In this document: positions 26,065-34,493 of the stretch, one piece after another
How the letters are laid out: each line of letters starts with the position of its first letter
How positions within the stretch are numbered: the first letter of the stretch is position 1
Assembly: GCA_050948665.1 (NCBI GenBank)
Contig: JBMNEH010000001.1
Location: forward strand, 1,979,813 to 2,043,812
Reading direction: 5' to 3'
Source of the DNA: Christensenellales bacterium
GTDB taxonomy: Bacteria > Bacillota > Clostridia > Christensenellales > UMGS416
Length of the DNA stretch: 64,000 nt
The notes under the pieces: model-generated
The model's database searches: none
What the model saw: the letters and a program-made list of their open reading frames with translations, nothing else
Told to the model about the DNA's origin: nothing
Program-made: the position numbers and the translations under genes

Positions 26065-28464
26065 TCAGGAATACTGGCAGGTTAAATGGACATAAGTGAT
26101 CTCGTTGGGTTCCATGGTGATATCGAATGACAGCCTCCCGTTATCAGCATCCAGCCGCTTCATTGCCATTCCGGGGGTCACGATGCGGCTTAAATACCGG
26201 ATCTCGTCCCGGCTCATTTCCTCGGGGCTTGACATGGACACCCATTCATCCTGAAGGCTGCCGCTGCGTTGGTTTACCGTCAACCGTTTAAGTAGGTATG
26301 TCCCGCCCGCTTTGCCGGGCAGGGAGAAATGGATGCTTCGCTTTTTGACATCCTCAAAAAGATTGTTTTGTTCCGAAATCGGGATCTCACCCTCCCGCAT
26401 CAGCGAGTACCTGTGGCTCATATTCTTCAGGTTATGGCATACGATGCGCCAGTTGCCGGAACCATTGTCGGTAATGATATAGCAGTCTTCCCGCCGGTAC
26501 ACATATCGGCCCAGATGGTTCATGAAATCAAATGCGTAAAATGCCGGCTTTCGAATACCGTCGCGTGATAACAAGCCGCCTCCGCCGTACAGGATGGATC
26601 GCGTATCTGCGTAGGCGCTGTACAGGTCGGTTCCGACCCAGTAGCCCATCACATCCGCAAGATCAAGGCTCTCCAAAATATCCCGGACGAGATATGCACC
26701 CTTCATGCAGCTGTCGTTCAGACTGTTCCGGCTAGAGATGGAAAAATTCCACTCGGACACATGCAATTCCTTGTCTGTGAATCCCTCTTCGTCCATGGCG
26801 TCCCGCACAAAGTGCAGGGAGTTATGCAGCAGATTGGCCGCCCGGCTCTGATTTCTGTCCCTGTCCATGGTATACAGTGTATAGGGATAGCAGTACAGGG
26901 AAATAAAATCCGGATGCTGCTCTTTCTTTTGCCATGCGCGCAGCAGCATTTTGACCTGCTCGCCGCCATAGCGCATGGTCAAACCGCCGCCACCCAGTTT
27001 CGCGCCGGGACACAATTCCCGTATCTGGGCCGCAGCCACGTTGAATCTTTCCAGATACCGTTCCCCCATAGACCTAACCAAATCAGGATCCTCTATGGTC
27101 CAGTTCTGCTCGCCTTCCGCGCACCAAATCTCAAAATACCAGCTTTCCAGCTGCTCCGCGCTGTATCGGTTCATCAGATGGATTAACAATCTACGCATAA
27201 AATAACGGATGCTGTCCGCGGATTCATCTACCTGCGCTTTGTCCGTATGGATGACATCAAAGGCGTCGCGCAGCAGAAGCTTTGGTTTGGGACGCAGCTC
27301 GATATAGGGCTTCATGCCGTTTTGAAGCAGGAAATCGATGACCTGATCTAATCTGTTGAAGTTGAAGCCGGTCTCTACGTCACCCAACTGCATTCCCGCG
27401 GAATGTATATCCCAGAACCGCACATACTCAAAATGGAGCTCCTGCTTTAAAAGTAAAAGGTGTCTTTGGATATCGGACTGTAACAGGTCCTCCGCCGTAC
27501 CGATATTGATCATCCGGCACCAGTTGCGCTTAAGCAGCCGCTTAGTGGCGCTTTCTAGCGTAACGGCATGCGTCAACTGATTGACATGCTTTGTTTCCGG
27601 GATAAAGTATCGGTCGAAATGCTGTTCCAGCCGCTTGCGGGTATCCGTTTGTGAGGTTTCGTTCTGGGTCGCTGGACCATGCTGACTGATCCACTGACGA
27701 CGGTATTCCGTCGGGGTCATATTATAAGTCTGCTTGAACGCCTTGTTCAGCGCTGCTGAGGAAGCAAAGCCAGCCTCCGTAGCGATGCGGACAACAGAAA
27801 GATCCGAGTGAAGCAACTGAGAAACCGCATAATTCAATCGCACCTTGCTCAGATACGCGGCAAAGCCCATGCCGAAGTGCCGTTTAATATATTTGGAAAG
27901 ATAAGTGTAACTCAAATACGTCCGCTTGGCCAGATCCTCCAGGCGAATGGGCTTATCAAAGTTCGTCTGTATGAAGGCGGCGATCTCATGTTTTCTGGCA
28001 TCGAATTTTTGGGTCTCCTCCGGGTAATGATCGTTCTCCCTGTTTAAAAGGAAATCTGTGGTCAAGATGTGTAAAAACTCATAGAAAAGGCTGTTCAGGT
28101 AGATAATGTCCTTGCCCTGTCCGTAATACTCTTCGAAAATGATTTTGCGGAAAATGCGGCGGAGTTCTTCGCAGCCCTCCGTATTTCCGTCGGTGGTGTT
28201 GCACCAGAAGAGCACCATATCCTGCTTCATCAGGGAGCAAAGCCGGGAATAGGAAATGTGGAGAGTGACCCCCAAAAAATCTCCTTCCGAAAGGTAAGCG
28301 TGGTTTTTATCCGCGTTTACCAACAGAAAGTCATCCTTATGCAGACGGCACCGCTTGTCCTCCAGTGTAAACACAGTCGTTCCGTCCAGAACGTAGAAAA
28401 ACTCGATGTCTGTATGGGAATGCATAGACGACAATGGCTGAAAAACGAAAGAAAACGTAAACAA
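26065..28464 (-). CDS. One-component regulator: cupin + AraC HTH fused to a GH39-like domain
   Basis: The N-terminal cupin (HSHTDIEFFYVLDG) and AraC HTH (LEDLAKRTYLSYTYLSKYIKRHFG...IATEAGFASSAALNKAFKQTYNMTPTEYRR) are followed by a roughly 500-aa GH39-type barrel (EYVRFWDI...YFEIWCAEGE...LHVSEWNF). The start is set at the TTG at 28464 behind GAGGAGG; the ATG at 28425 is an alternative. Confidence 0.7.
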   Translation of the reverse strand: MFTFSFVFQPLSSMHSHTDIEFFYVLDGTTVFTLEDKRCRLHKDDFLLVNADKNHAYLSEGDFLGVTLHISYSRLCSLMKQDMVLFWCNTTDGNTEGCEELRRIFRKIIFEEYYGQGKDIIYLNSLFYEFLHILTTDFLLNRENDHYPEETQKFDARKHEIAAFIQTNFDKPIRLEDLAKRTYLSYTYLSKYIKRHFGMGFAAYLSKVRLNYAVSQLLHSDLSVVRIATEAGFASSAALNKAFKQTYNMTPTEYRRQWISQHGPATQNETSQTDTRKRLEQHFDRYFIPETKHVNQLTHAVTLESATKRLLKRNWCRMINIGTAEDLLQSDIQRHLLLLKQELHFEYVRFWDIHSAGMQLGDVETGFNFNRLDQVIDFLLQNGMKPYIELRPKPKLLLRDAFDVIHTDKAQVDESADSIRYFMRRLLIHLMNRYSAEQLESWYFEIWCAEGEQNWTIEDPDLVRSMGERYLERFNVAAAQIRELCPGAKLGGGGLTMRYGGEQVKMLLRAWQKKEQHPDFISLYCYPYTLYTMDRDRNQSRAANLLHNSLHFVRDAMDEEGFTDKELHVSEWNFSISSRNSLNDSCMKGAYLVRDILESLDLADVMGYWVGTDLYSAYADTRSILYGGGGLLSRDGIRKPAFYAFDFMNHLGRYVYRREDCYIITDNGSGNWRIVCHNLKNMSHRYSLMREGEIPISEQNNLFEDVKKRSIHFSLPGKAGGTYLLKRLTVNQRSGSLQDEWVSMSSPEEMSRDEIRYLSRIVTPGMAMKRLDADNGRLSFDITMEPNEITYVHLTCQYS

Positions 28465-28495
28465 TATATTTTCCTCCTCTCTCAGCGATATCGTG

Positions 28496-28524
28496 ATTAT
28501 ATCAGATTCGCATAGGATAGGCAA
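28496..28524 (-). promoter_or_regulatory. Candidate promoter of the AraC::GH39-like gene
   Basis: On the minus strand, TTGCCT (28524-28519), a 17-nt spacer, then TATAAT (28501-28496), just downstream of the terminator hairpin. Confidence 0.4.
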
Positions 28525-28545
28525 AACGGAGTTCAGATACGTACA

Positions 28546-28590
28546 TCAAAAAGCAACCGGGATCCAGCGTTCGCGCCGGATCCCGGTTGC
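28546..28590 (-). terminator. Rho-independent terminator of the Gfo/flavoprotein unit
   Basis: A perfect 13-bp stem, gcaaccgggatcc/ggatcccggttgc (28553-28590), with a 12-nt loop, followed on the minus strand by TTTTTGATG. Confidence 0.75.
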
Positions 28591-28592
28591 GA

Positions 28593-29597
28593 TTATTTCA
28601 GTTTTACGTTATGATGCGCGGTCTCATCTACAGGCCAGGGAGGTCGGTCAAAATCCGCAAAGGGCTGTTTCAGCTCCTTCAGATTCCGGATGGTACCGGA
28701 AGGCTGGGCCTGGGTCTTGATTTCGATGGAATGTTCCAGCTTGCCGTCCCAGCGCAGGCGGCTGCGGTCCAGCTCCTCGGGGACATATTCCACATGGATT
28801 CTGCCGTCTATGATCTGCAGGCTGCCTCGGATACCGCAAACAACGCAATCCACGGATCGCCTGTCACGGGAAACCTGCAAGAGACGGGTATGGCAGACAG
28901 GGCAACACCCCTCTTCATCGCCCCGCCATGCGGTCCTCTCTTCCTCGGACTCGGCGTTGACGGAAGCGACAATGTTCCTGCCGACTTTTTTCATGCGTTC
29001 CATCATGACGGGGTTGCCTGCTACGTTCTCGAAAGCCATTGCGCCGTGGTACTCTACGGTGTCCACCACATCGATCCCCAGAGGGAAAGTGAACTCAAAC
29101 ATCATGGGCAGCGTCAGCACGATCCAGTTCTCAGTCATGGCACCGCCGACCGAGATGAGCGCCGCGCTGCGCTTTTTGAAAGAGCGGATGTCAGGCAGTT
29201 TCTCTTCAGGCAGGCCTGCCGCAAGTCCTTCCTCATATGCGGCCTTTCGGAAGGTGATGTCATGGCTGGGGCCGATGCGGTCGCAGACGGTCTTAAAGCG
29301 CCCGGTTACTGAAGTTTCATAGGTGGGGCATGCCAGGATTACCGCATCGGATTGCATGATGCTCTCGTCCAAAATGTCAAAATCGTCATGTCGGACGCAA
29401 TAGCCCCGCCCTCTGCCGGTCATCATGCCCACAGTGCAGGCGATACAGCCAGTGCAGTTGGAAATATTCAAGTCGTCCGCCCGCAGAAAAGCGGTCTCGT
29501 ATCCCGCTTCCTCACAGACCATCAATGCCTGTTTGACCATAACGTCGCAGTTGCCCACCTTTCTGCCAAAAGAGACTCCCAGTACTTTTTTAGCCAT
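28593..29597 (-). CDS. Iron-sulfur flavoprotein (Isf / NADPH-dependent FMN reductase-like) with a C-terminal zinc-ribbon extension
   Basis: The start is set at the ATG at 29597 (MAKKVLGV) behind AAGGAGA. It has a flavodoxin-like fold with the compact cluster motif CTGCIAC...C. The C-terminal half contains CCPVC...CVVCG. Confidence 0.6.
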   Translation of the reverse strand: MAKKVLGVSFGRKVGNCDVMVKQALMVCEEAGYETAFLRADDLNISNCTGCIACTVGMMTGRGRGYCVRHDDFDILDESIMQSDAVILACPTYETSVTGRFKTVCDRIGPSHDITFRKAAYEEGLAAGLPEEKLPDIRSFKKRSAALISVGGAMTENWIVLTLPMMFEFTFPLGIDVVDTVEYHGAMAFENVAGNPVMMERMKKVGRNIVASVNAESEEERTAWRGDEEGCCPVCHTRLLQVSRDRRSVDCVVCGIRGSLQIIDGRIHVEYVPEELDRSRLRWDGKLEHSIEIKTQAQPSGTIRNLKELKQPFADFDRPPWPVDETAHHNVKLK

Positions 29598-29734
29598 ATA
29601 CTTCTCCTTTTCTTTGGAGGACCGGTGCCGTATTATACACATACTGTCGGGAACCTTATGGATCCTCCGGCTGTCACGATTGCAAAATTTATTGAAGTTT
29701 CGCGCCTATGAAGGTTGCGGCGTCGTATTTCTCT

Positions 29735-30844
29735 TTAAAAGAAGACCTCTTTTCCGATTTCGGCGGAGTGATAGATCGCGTCCAGGATCTGTGTGACAAC
29801 GAATGCCTGCTCGGGCCTAACCAGCGGCTCCCTGTCATTGAGAATGGCATCCAGCCATTGGTCCTGCTCGCGGACCGCTTCCGCAGCGGCGCCTCCCTCA
29901 AAAAAGTCGACCACCCCTGCGGGGGATATGGTCTTCTCCATCAGCTGACCATGTTCAACGGTGTTGTAAATCAGTTCATCCCTGGGATAACTGCCGCCGT
30001 GGCGAATCTCCGCGCCGGCTTTGGTACCGCACAGCGTGGTGGAAGCCTCCATGGATTTGAGAATATTCAGCGCCCAGCTTGCTTCCAGAAAAATGGCGGC
30101 GCCGTTTTTCATTTTTATCAAGCCAAAGGCGGAGTCCTCCACCTCAAAGGTCTTGGGGTCCCAGGGACCGAACACGTTTCCGTCCGGACCGTGTTTCTCC
30201 CGCCCCAGCTTGAAAAAGACCTGCCCGCTAACCGATGCCGGCTCATAATTGTTCATCATCCACAAGGTAAGATCCAGCGCATGGGTACCGATGTCGATCA
30301 AAGGACCGCCGCCCTGCAGCGCTTTATTTGGAAACACACCCCAGGTAGGAACCGCGCGGCGGCGCAGAGCATGGGCTTTGGCAAAGTAGATGTCACCCAA
30401 CTCGCCAGCCTCACAGGACGCGTGAAGAGTCGTAGTGTCGTTGCGGAAACGGTTCTGGTAACCGATGGTAAACTTCTTGCCAGACTTTTTCCATGACTCG
30501 ATCATTTTCGCGGCGCTCTCCGTATCGTGGGCCATGGGCTTTTCGCACATAACATGCTTGCCCGCCTCGAAGGCAGCTACGGTCACCGGGCAATGAACAA
30601 CATTGGGCGTGCAGACATGGACCGCGTCGGTCTCCACGGTCTTGTCCGCCAGCATTTCGTTGTAGTCGGTATAGCACTTTGTGCCGGGTACGCCGTACTT
30701 CGCCGCGGCCTTCTCCGCACGCTCTGGCAGAATATCGCAGAAAGCGACCATCTCACAGCGATCGGAAAATTTCGCGAGAGAAGGCATATGCTTCTGGTTG
30801 GCGATGCCGCCGCAGCCGACAATCGCAATTCTCACTTTTTCCAT
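29735..30844 (-). CDS. Gfo/Idh/MocA family oxidoreductase (second copy)
   Basis: VRIAIVGCGGIANQKH..., EKPMAHD, GGGPLIDIGTHALD. Confidence 0.8.
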   Translation of the reverse strand: MEKVRIAIVGCGGIANQKHMPSLAKFSDRCEMVAFCDILPERAEKAAAKYGVPGTKCYTDYNEMLADKTVETDAVHVCTPNVVHCPVTVAAFEAGKHVMCEKPMAHDTESAAKMIESWKKSGKKFTIGYQNRFRNDTTTLHASCEAGELGDIYFAKAHALRRRAVPTWGVFPNKALQGGGPLIDIGTHALDLTLWMMNNYEPASVSGQVFFKLGREKHGPDGNVFGPWDPKTFEVEDSAFGLIKMKNGAAIFLEASWALNILKSMEASTTLCGTKAGAEIRHGGSYPRDELIYNTVEHGQLMEKTISPAGVVDFFEGGAAAEAVREQDQWLDAILNDREPLVRPEQAFVVTQILDAIYHSAEIGKEVFF

Positions 30845-31029
30845 TGTTATCCTTCCTTTTTCATTCCTAATATTTTTGTCTCAATTCTCATTTTAGCAAA
30901 TCGGACGGCGCTCTGATTCGTATTTCTTGTCATGAAATACAATCGGATTCACCTATCGGACCGTGGTGAAAAAGCACGGAGCAAATTTTGCAGTCATTCT
31001 CTTGTATATTTTTGTTGTTTCGCCTCCGG

Positions 31030-31434
31030 TCAGATTATCTGCGCAAACGCTATGACGTAATCTCCCTCCCCGGCGATACTGACAAGAAGCTCCCTTCCCC
31101 CTGTCCGATCCAATACCGACCGAAGAGCGGCGGAGTACAGGATCATCGGGCATCCATCCTCCCGCTGCAGCGTTTCTACGATGCGCAAATCGAAAAGATT
31201 TGTCTGCTTGCAAGAAAGCGCCTTATAAACCTCCTCCTTTACCGCGAACCGTCCCGCAAAAAAACGCCAGTAATCCGCGGCATGCGCCGCCAGGGCAAGC
31301 TCCGCCGGCGTAAAGGTCCTCCGAACGAAGGCGCCCCCTAGGCGTTCGTCCATCGCGCGCAAGTCGGAAACGTGCACGCAATCGATGCCGACGCCTTTGG
31401 GCGTGTACTGCGCGTCGACCCAGTCCTTCAGCAT
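31030..31434 (-). CDS. acpS: Holo-ACP synthase (4'-phosphopantetheinyl transferase, AcpS type)
   Basis: 134 aa with GIDCVHVSDL...FTPAE...FAGRFAVKEEVYKAL and the C-terminal SIAGEGDYVIAFA. TAATG overlap with the upstream gene. Confidence 0.75.
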   Translation of the reverse strand: MLKDWVDAQYTPKGVGIDCVHVSDLRAMDERLGGAFVRRTFTPAELALAAHAADYWRFFAGRFAVKEEVYKALSCKQTNLFDLRIVETLQREDGCPMILYSAALRSVLDRTGGRELLVSIAGEGDYVIAFAQII

Positions 31435-32438
31435 TACGTTTTATTCCCCGCAGCCCGCGCGGCAGAGATTACGATATTGCCCTTGATTTCCTCTAGAGGT
31501 GCGCTGCGGGAACAGTCGCATACGATGCCGCGAAAGCCCTGCAACATGGGACCGTAGGCATTGGCACGGCCGAACAGCTGAATGAGCTTCACCGCGATAT
31601 TGCCCGCGTTCAAATCGGGCCATATGATTACATTCGCCCTGCCCGCCACCGGGGACAGCCTGCTGACCTTCTTTTGCGCCACCGCGGGGACAATGGCGGC
31701 ATCTAGCTGGAATTCGCCGTCGATGGCAAGATCCGGCCGCAGCGCGTTGGCGATTGCGACCGCTTCCCTTACCCTGTCGACCTTCTCCCCTTGTCCGGAG
31801 CCTAAGGTGGAGTAGCAAACCATGGCGCATCGGGGCTCCCAGTCCAGCAGCTCGCGTACCGTGTCGCAGGCGGAGATTGCGATGGAAGCCAGCTGTTCGG
31901 CGTTGGGATCGGTGCATACCGCACTGTCGCCCACTGCCAGCAGACTGCCCTCGCTGCCTTCATAGCCGGGGATATCGCATAGCCCGATGGAAGAAACCGT
32001 GGTAATGCCGGGTCTGAGGCCGATCATCATCTGACCCGCCAGCAATACCTCCCCCGTGCTGTTGTCGATGCCCGCGAAAGTCACGTCCACATCCCCGACC
32101 GCCTGCATCGCCATGGCAAAATATAGCGGATTTTCCATCCGACGGTGCAACGCGTTCGCTTTGAGTATCCTGCCGGGCTGATTCACATAGCGGTCAATCA
32201 GCGCGACCCTGTATGCGGTGTCATGGATGTCTGCGAAGCTGAATACGGAGGTGTCATAACCTCGGCGGGAAGCCAGGGCGCACAACGCGTCGGCGTTGCC
32301 TACCGGCACGGGGACGATCAGCCCCTCCCGTCCGGTTTCATAAGCCGCCCGCATCATCTTTTCGTTTGCAGCCTCGGGGAATGCAACTCTCTGGGGACGT
32401 GAACAGGCTTTTTCGTACAGCCTGCCAAATATGTTCAT
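31434..32438 (-). CDS. Phosphate acyltransferase of the Pta/Ptb family
   Basis: RVAFPEAANEKMMRAA..., ...RANVIIWPDLNAGNIAVKLIQ...AYGPMLQGF...DCSRSA, typical PTA_PTB motifs. ATGA overlap with the ACP stop. Confidence 0.8.
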   Translation of the reverse strand: MNIFGRLYEKACSRPQRVAFPEAANEKMMRAAYETGREGLIVPVPVGNADALCALASRRGYDTSVFSFADIHDTAYRVALIDRYVNQPGRILKANALHRRMENPLYFAMAMQAVGDVDVTFAGIDNSTGEVLLAGQMMIGLRPGITTVSSIGLCDIPGYEGSEGSLLAVGDSAVCTDPNAEQLASIAISACDTVRELLDWEPRCAMVCYSTLGSGQGEKVDRVREAVAIANALRPDLAIDGEFQLDAAIVPAVAQKKVSRLSPVAGRANVIIWPDLNAGNIAVKLIQLFGRANAYGPMLQGFRGIVCDCSRSAPLEEIKGNIVISAARAAGNKT

Positions 32439-32677
32439 GACAGTTCTTTCTCAACCAGGTCAATGATCTGGCCGATGGTTGCGCACACTGAGGCGTCCTG
32501 CAAAGCGATCATCACATCCAACTCGTTCTCCAACTCCGAGATCAGTCCGACCATTTGAATAGAGACACCCTTCAGATCATACTTGAAGGAAGTGTCTGCC
32601 GTCAGCCCGGCGGCCTCCCTTCCGTAGACCATGGCGACCGTTTCAATCACCTTTGCTTCCAGTTCTTTGTGATCCAT
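32435..32677 (-). CDS. Acyl carrier protein-like (80 aa)
   Basis: Four-helix ACP-like length and pattern, with a candidate phosphopantetheine serine in DLKGVSIQMVGLISELE (VSI in place of the canonical DSL). Confidence 0.6.
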   Translation of the reverse strand: MDHKELEAKVIETVAMVYGREAAGLTADTSFKYDLKGVSIQMVGLISELENELDVMIALQDASVCATIGQIIDLVEKELS

Positions 32678-32702
32678 ACCCTAACACACCTTTCTTGTAT
32701 GA

Positions 32703-33110
32703 TTACTCGTCCAAATCAAATACGACGGTCTTATACCCGTTCCGCTGAAAAATAGCCGCCCTGATCCTAATCGGCAGTCTCTTTACCAGGTCGTCCCGGT
32801 TCTTCCTGCTGATGCCGCGAACCACGGCATTCAGGCGGGCGCCTTCCTTAAGCACCACCTCTCCGTAGGCATACCTGCCCAGTAGTCTGTATTCCGGCTT
32901 GGAGGATAGAGCTGCGGGCAGAACGATGGAGTGCATCGCAGCCTCACCGTCGATCTCCACCCATTCCATTTCAAAGCATCCGCAGGTGTTGCAGGCATAC
33001 ACAGGCGGAAACTCCACAGCCCCGCATGCGCGGCACCTTCGGCCGGTGATTTTTCCCTCTTCCAGATTCTGATAAAATCGCTCCACTACTTTTTCCAACT
33101 TGATGCTCAT
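32703..33110 (-). CDS. DUF35 Zn-ribbon / OB-fold protein (thiolase partner)
   Basis: CRACGAVEFPPVYACNTCG rubredoxin-like ribbon followed by an OB-fold-length C-terminus. It lies 13 nt downstream of the thiolase-like gene. Confidence 0.7.
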   Translation of the reverse strand: MSIKLEKVVERFYQNLEEGKITGRRCRACGAVEFPPVYACNTCGCFEMEWVEIDGEAAMHSIVLPAALSSKPEYRLLGRYAYGEVVLKEGARLNAVVRGISRKNRDDLVKRLPIRIRAAIFQRNGYKTVVFDLDE

Positions 33111-33123
33111 ATTCCGCTCCTCC

Positions 33124-34461
33124 TCAGTTCACGGTCCTCAGAATGATGGCGCACACATTCTGGCTTCCGCCATAACCCCGCAGCATGGCGGTACGGGGCA
33201 GCTTTTTTACCTGCCGTTCGCCGCAGGCGCCGCGCATTTGCATGCAGGCCTCGTACACGTCCGCCAGGCCTGAGGCGGCATGCGCATGGCCGAAGGAGGT
33301 GCGTCCCCCATTGGTATTGATGGGTTTATCGCCGTCATATGCGGTGCGCCCCTCGCAAATATACTTCCAGCCCTCGCCGTAGGGAAGGTATCCAGCGATC
33401 TCCGCAGCGTACAGGTGGGAAGTGATGATGAAGTCGTTCGCAAAAAACAGATCCAGTTCCTCGGGTTTTACGCCGGTAAGCTCGTAGACCTGGCGCACCG
33501 CCTCTTCTGTGGCTCGGATTTCGAAATGGGGGTTGGTAGCCTCGCAGGCGGCGGAGCCGATACCCAAAACCTCAATCGGCTTATGGGTCAGCTTGCGGGC
33601 GATTTGGGGGATTCGGTCGGTAGCGCAGACGATCACGGCGGCGGCGCCGTCGCACTTTCGTTCTATGCCCTCCATCCGCAGCAGGTCGCCCATCTTCGGA
33701 TTGTAAGGGGAACGCATATAGTCCATCACATCCTCAAAGCCCCTTTCCGCGGCGATCTCAGCAAATTCCTTTCTCTCCAAAGCCAATGGATTTTTTGCGG
33801 CGTTGCGGCGGTTGTTGATCGCCATCCAATTCAGGGTGTCGTCCATCTGCTCAGGCGTTATGCCGCGGGTGCGGACATAATCCTCCGCCACATCATCGTA
33901 GATCAGGTTCATGGGTGCCATAAGGGAGCGGGCGTAGTTGCGGTCATACAGCCACATGGTACTGGCCAAGAACCGGTCCATGGGCATCTTTTCCCTTTTA
34001 TAAGGGTGCTTAGGAGTTTCTATAGTATCATCGGGACCGAAAGGAGCGGGAACGGAGTCGCCGAATTCCACGCAGCCCGACAGCACGCAGTCATATTTTC
34101 CGGAAGCCACGACGTTGACCGCCTGCTCGATTGCCAGGTAACCGGTGCAGCAGGCCTCCGAATGATGGATGGATCCCTTGCCCCTCATGCCGAACCAGTT
34201 GCCGATTTGGATATTCGGGGTCAGGTAGTTGGAACCGTTCAGGGGGCTGGCTTCGCCATGAAAATAAAAGCTCACATCCTTGGGGGTCACACCTGCGTCC
34301 TCCATGGCTTTGAGCGCCACATAGCCGAACAGTTCTCCCTCGGTCAGGCCGTTGGTCTCCTCGTGATCCACGGTATACATAAAGGGTGTGCACCCCGCCC
34401 CGATGATGGATACGCTTCTGGCATAGGGACGAATCTTAGTTCGGTTTACATAGTTTTGCAT
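33124..34461 (-). CDS. SCP-x/nonspecific-type thiolase-like protein
   Basis: Nucleophile context HHSEACCTGYLAIEQA, the C-terminal NTNGGRTSFGHAHAASGL motif and GYGGSQN. 445 aa. Confidence 0.75.
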   Translation of the reverse strand: MQNYVNRTKIRPYARSVSIIGAGCTPFMYTVDHEETNGLTEGELFGYVALKAMEDAGVTPKDVSFYFHGEASPLNGSNYLTPNIQIGNWFGMRGKGSIHHSEACCTGYLAIEQAVNVVASGKYDCVLSGCVEFGDSVPAPFGPDDTIETPKHPYKREKMPMDRFLASTMWLYDRNYARSLMAPMNLIYDDVAEDYVRTRGITPEQMDDTLNWMAINNRRNAAKNPLALERKEFAEIAAERGFEDVMDYMRSPYNPKMGDLLRMEGIERKCDGAAAVIVCATDRIPQIARKLTHKPIEVLGIGSAACEATNPHFEIRATEEAVRQVYELTGVKPEELDLFFANDFIITSHLYAAEIAGYLPYGEGWKYICEGRTAYDGDKPINTNGGRTSFGHAHAASGLADVYEACMQMRGACGERQVKKLPRTAMLRGYGGSQNVCAIILRTVN

Positions 34462-34493
34462 GCAATACTGCTCCTTTCGCCGCGGGCGGTCTT

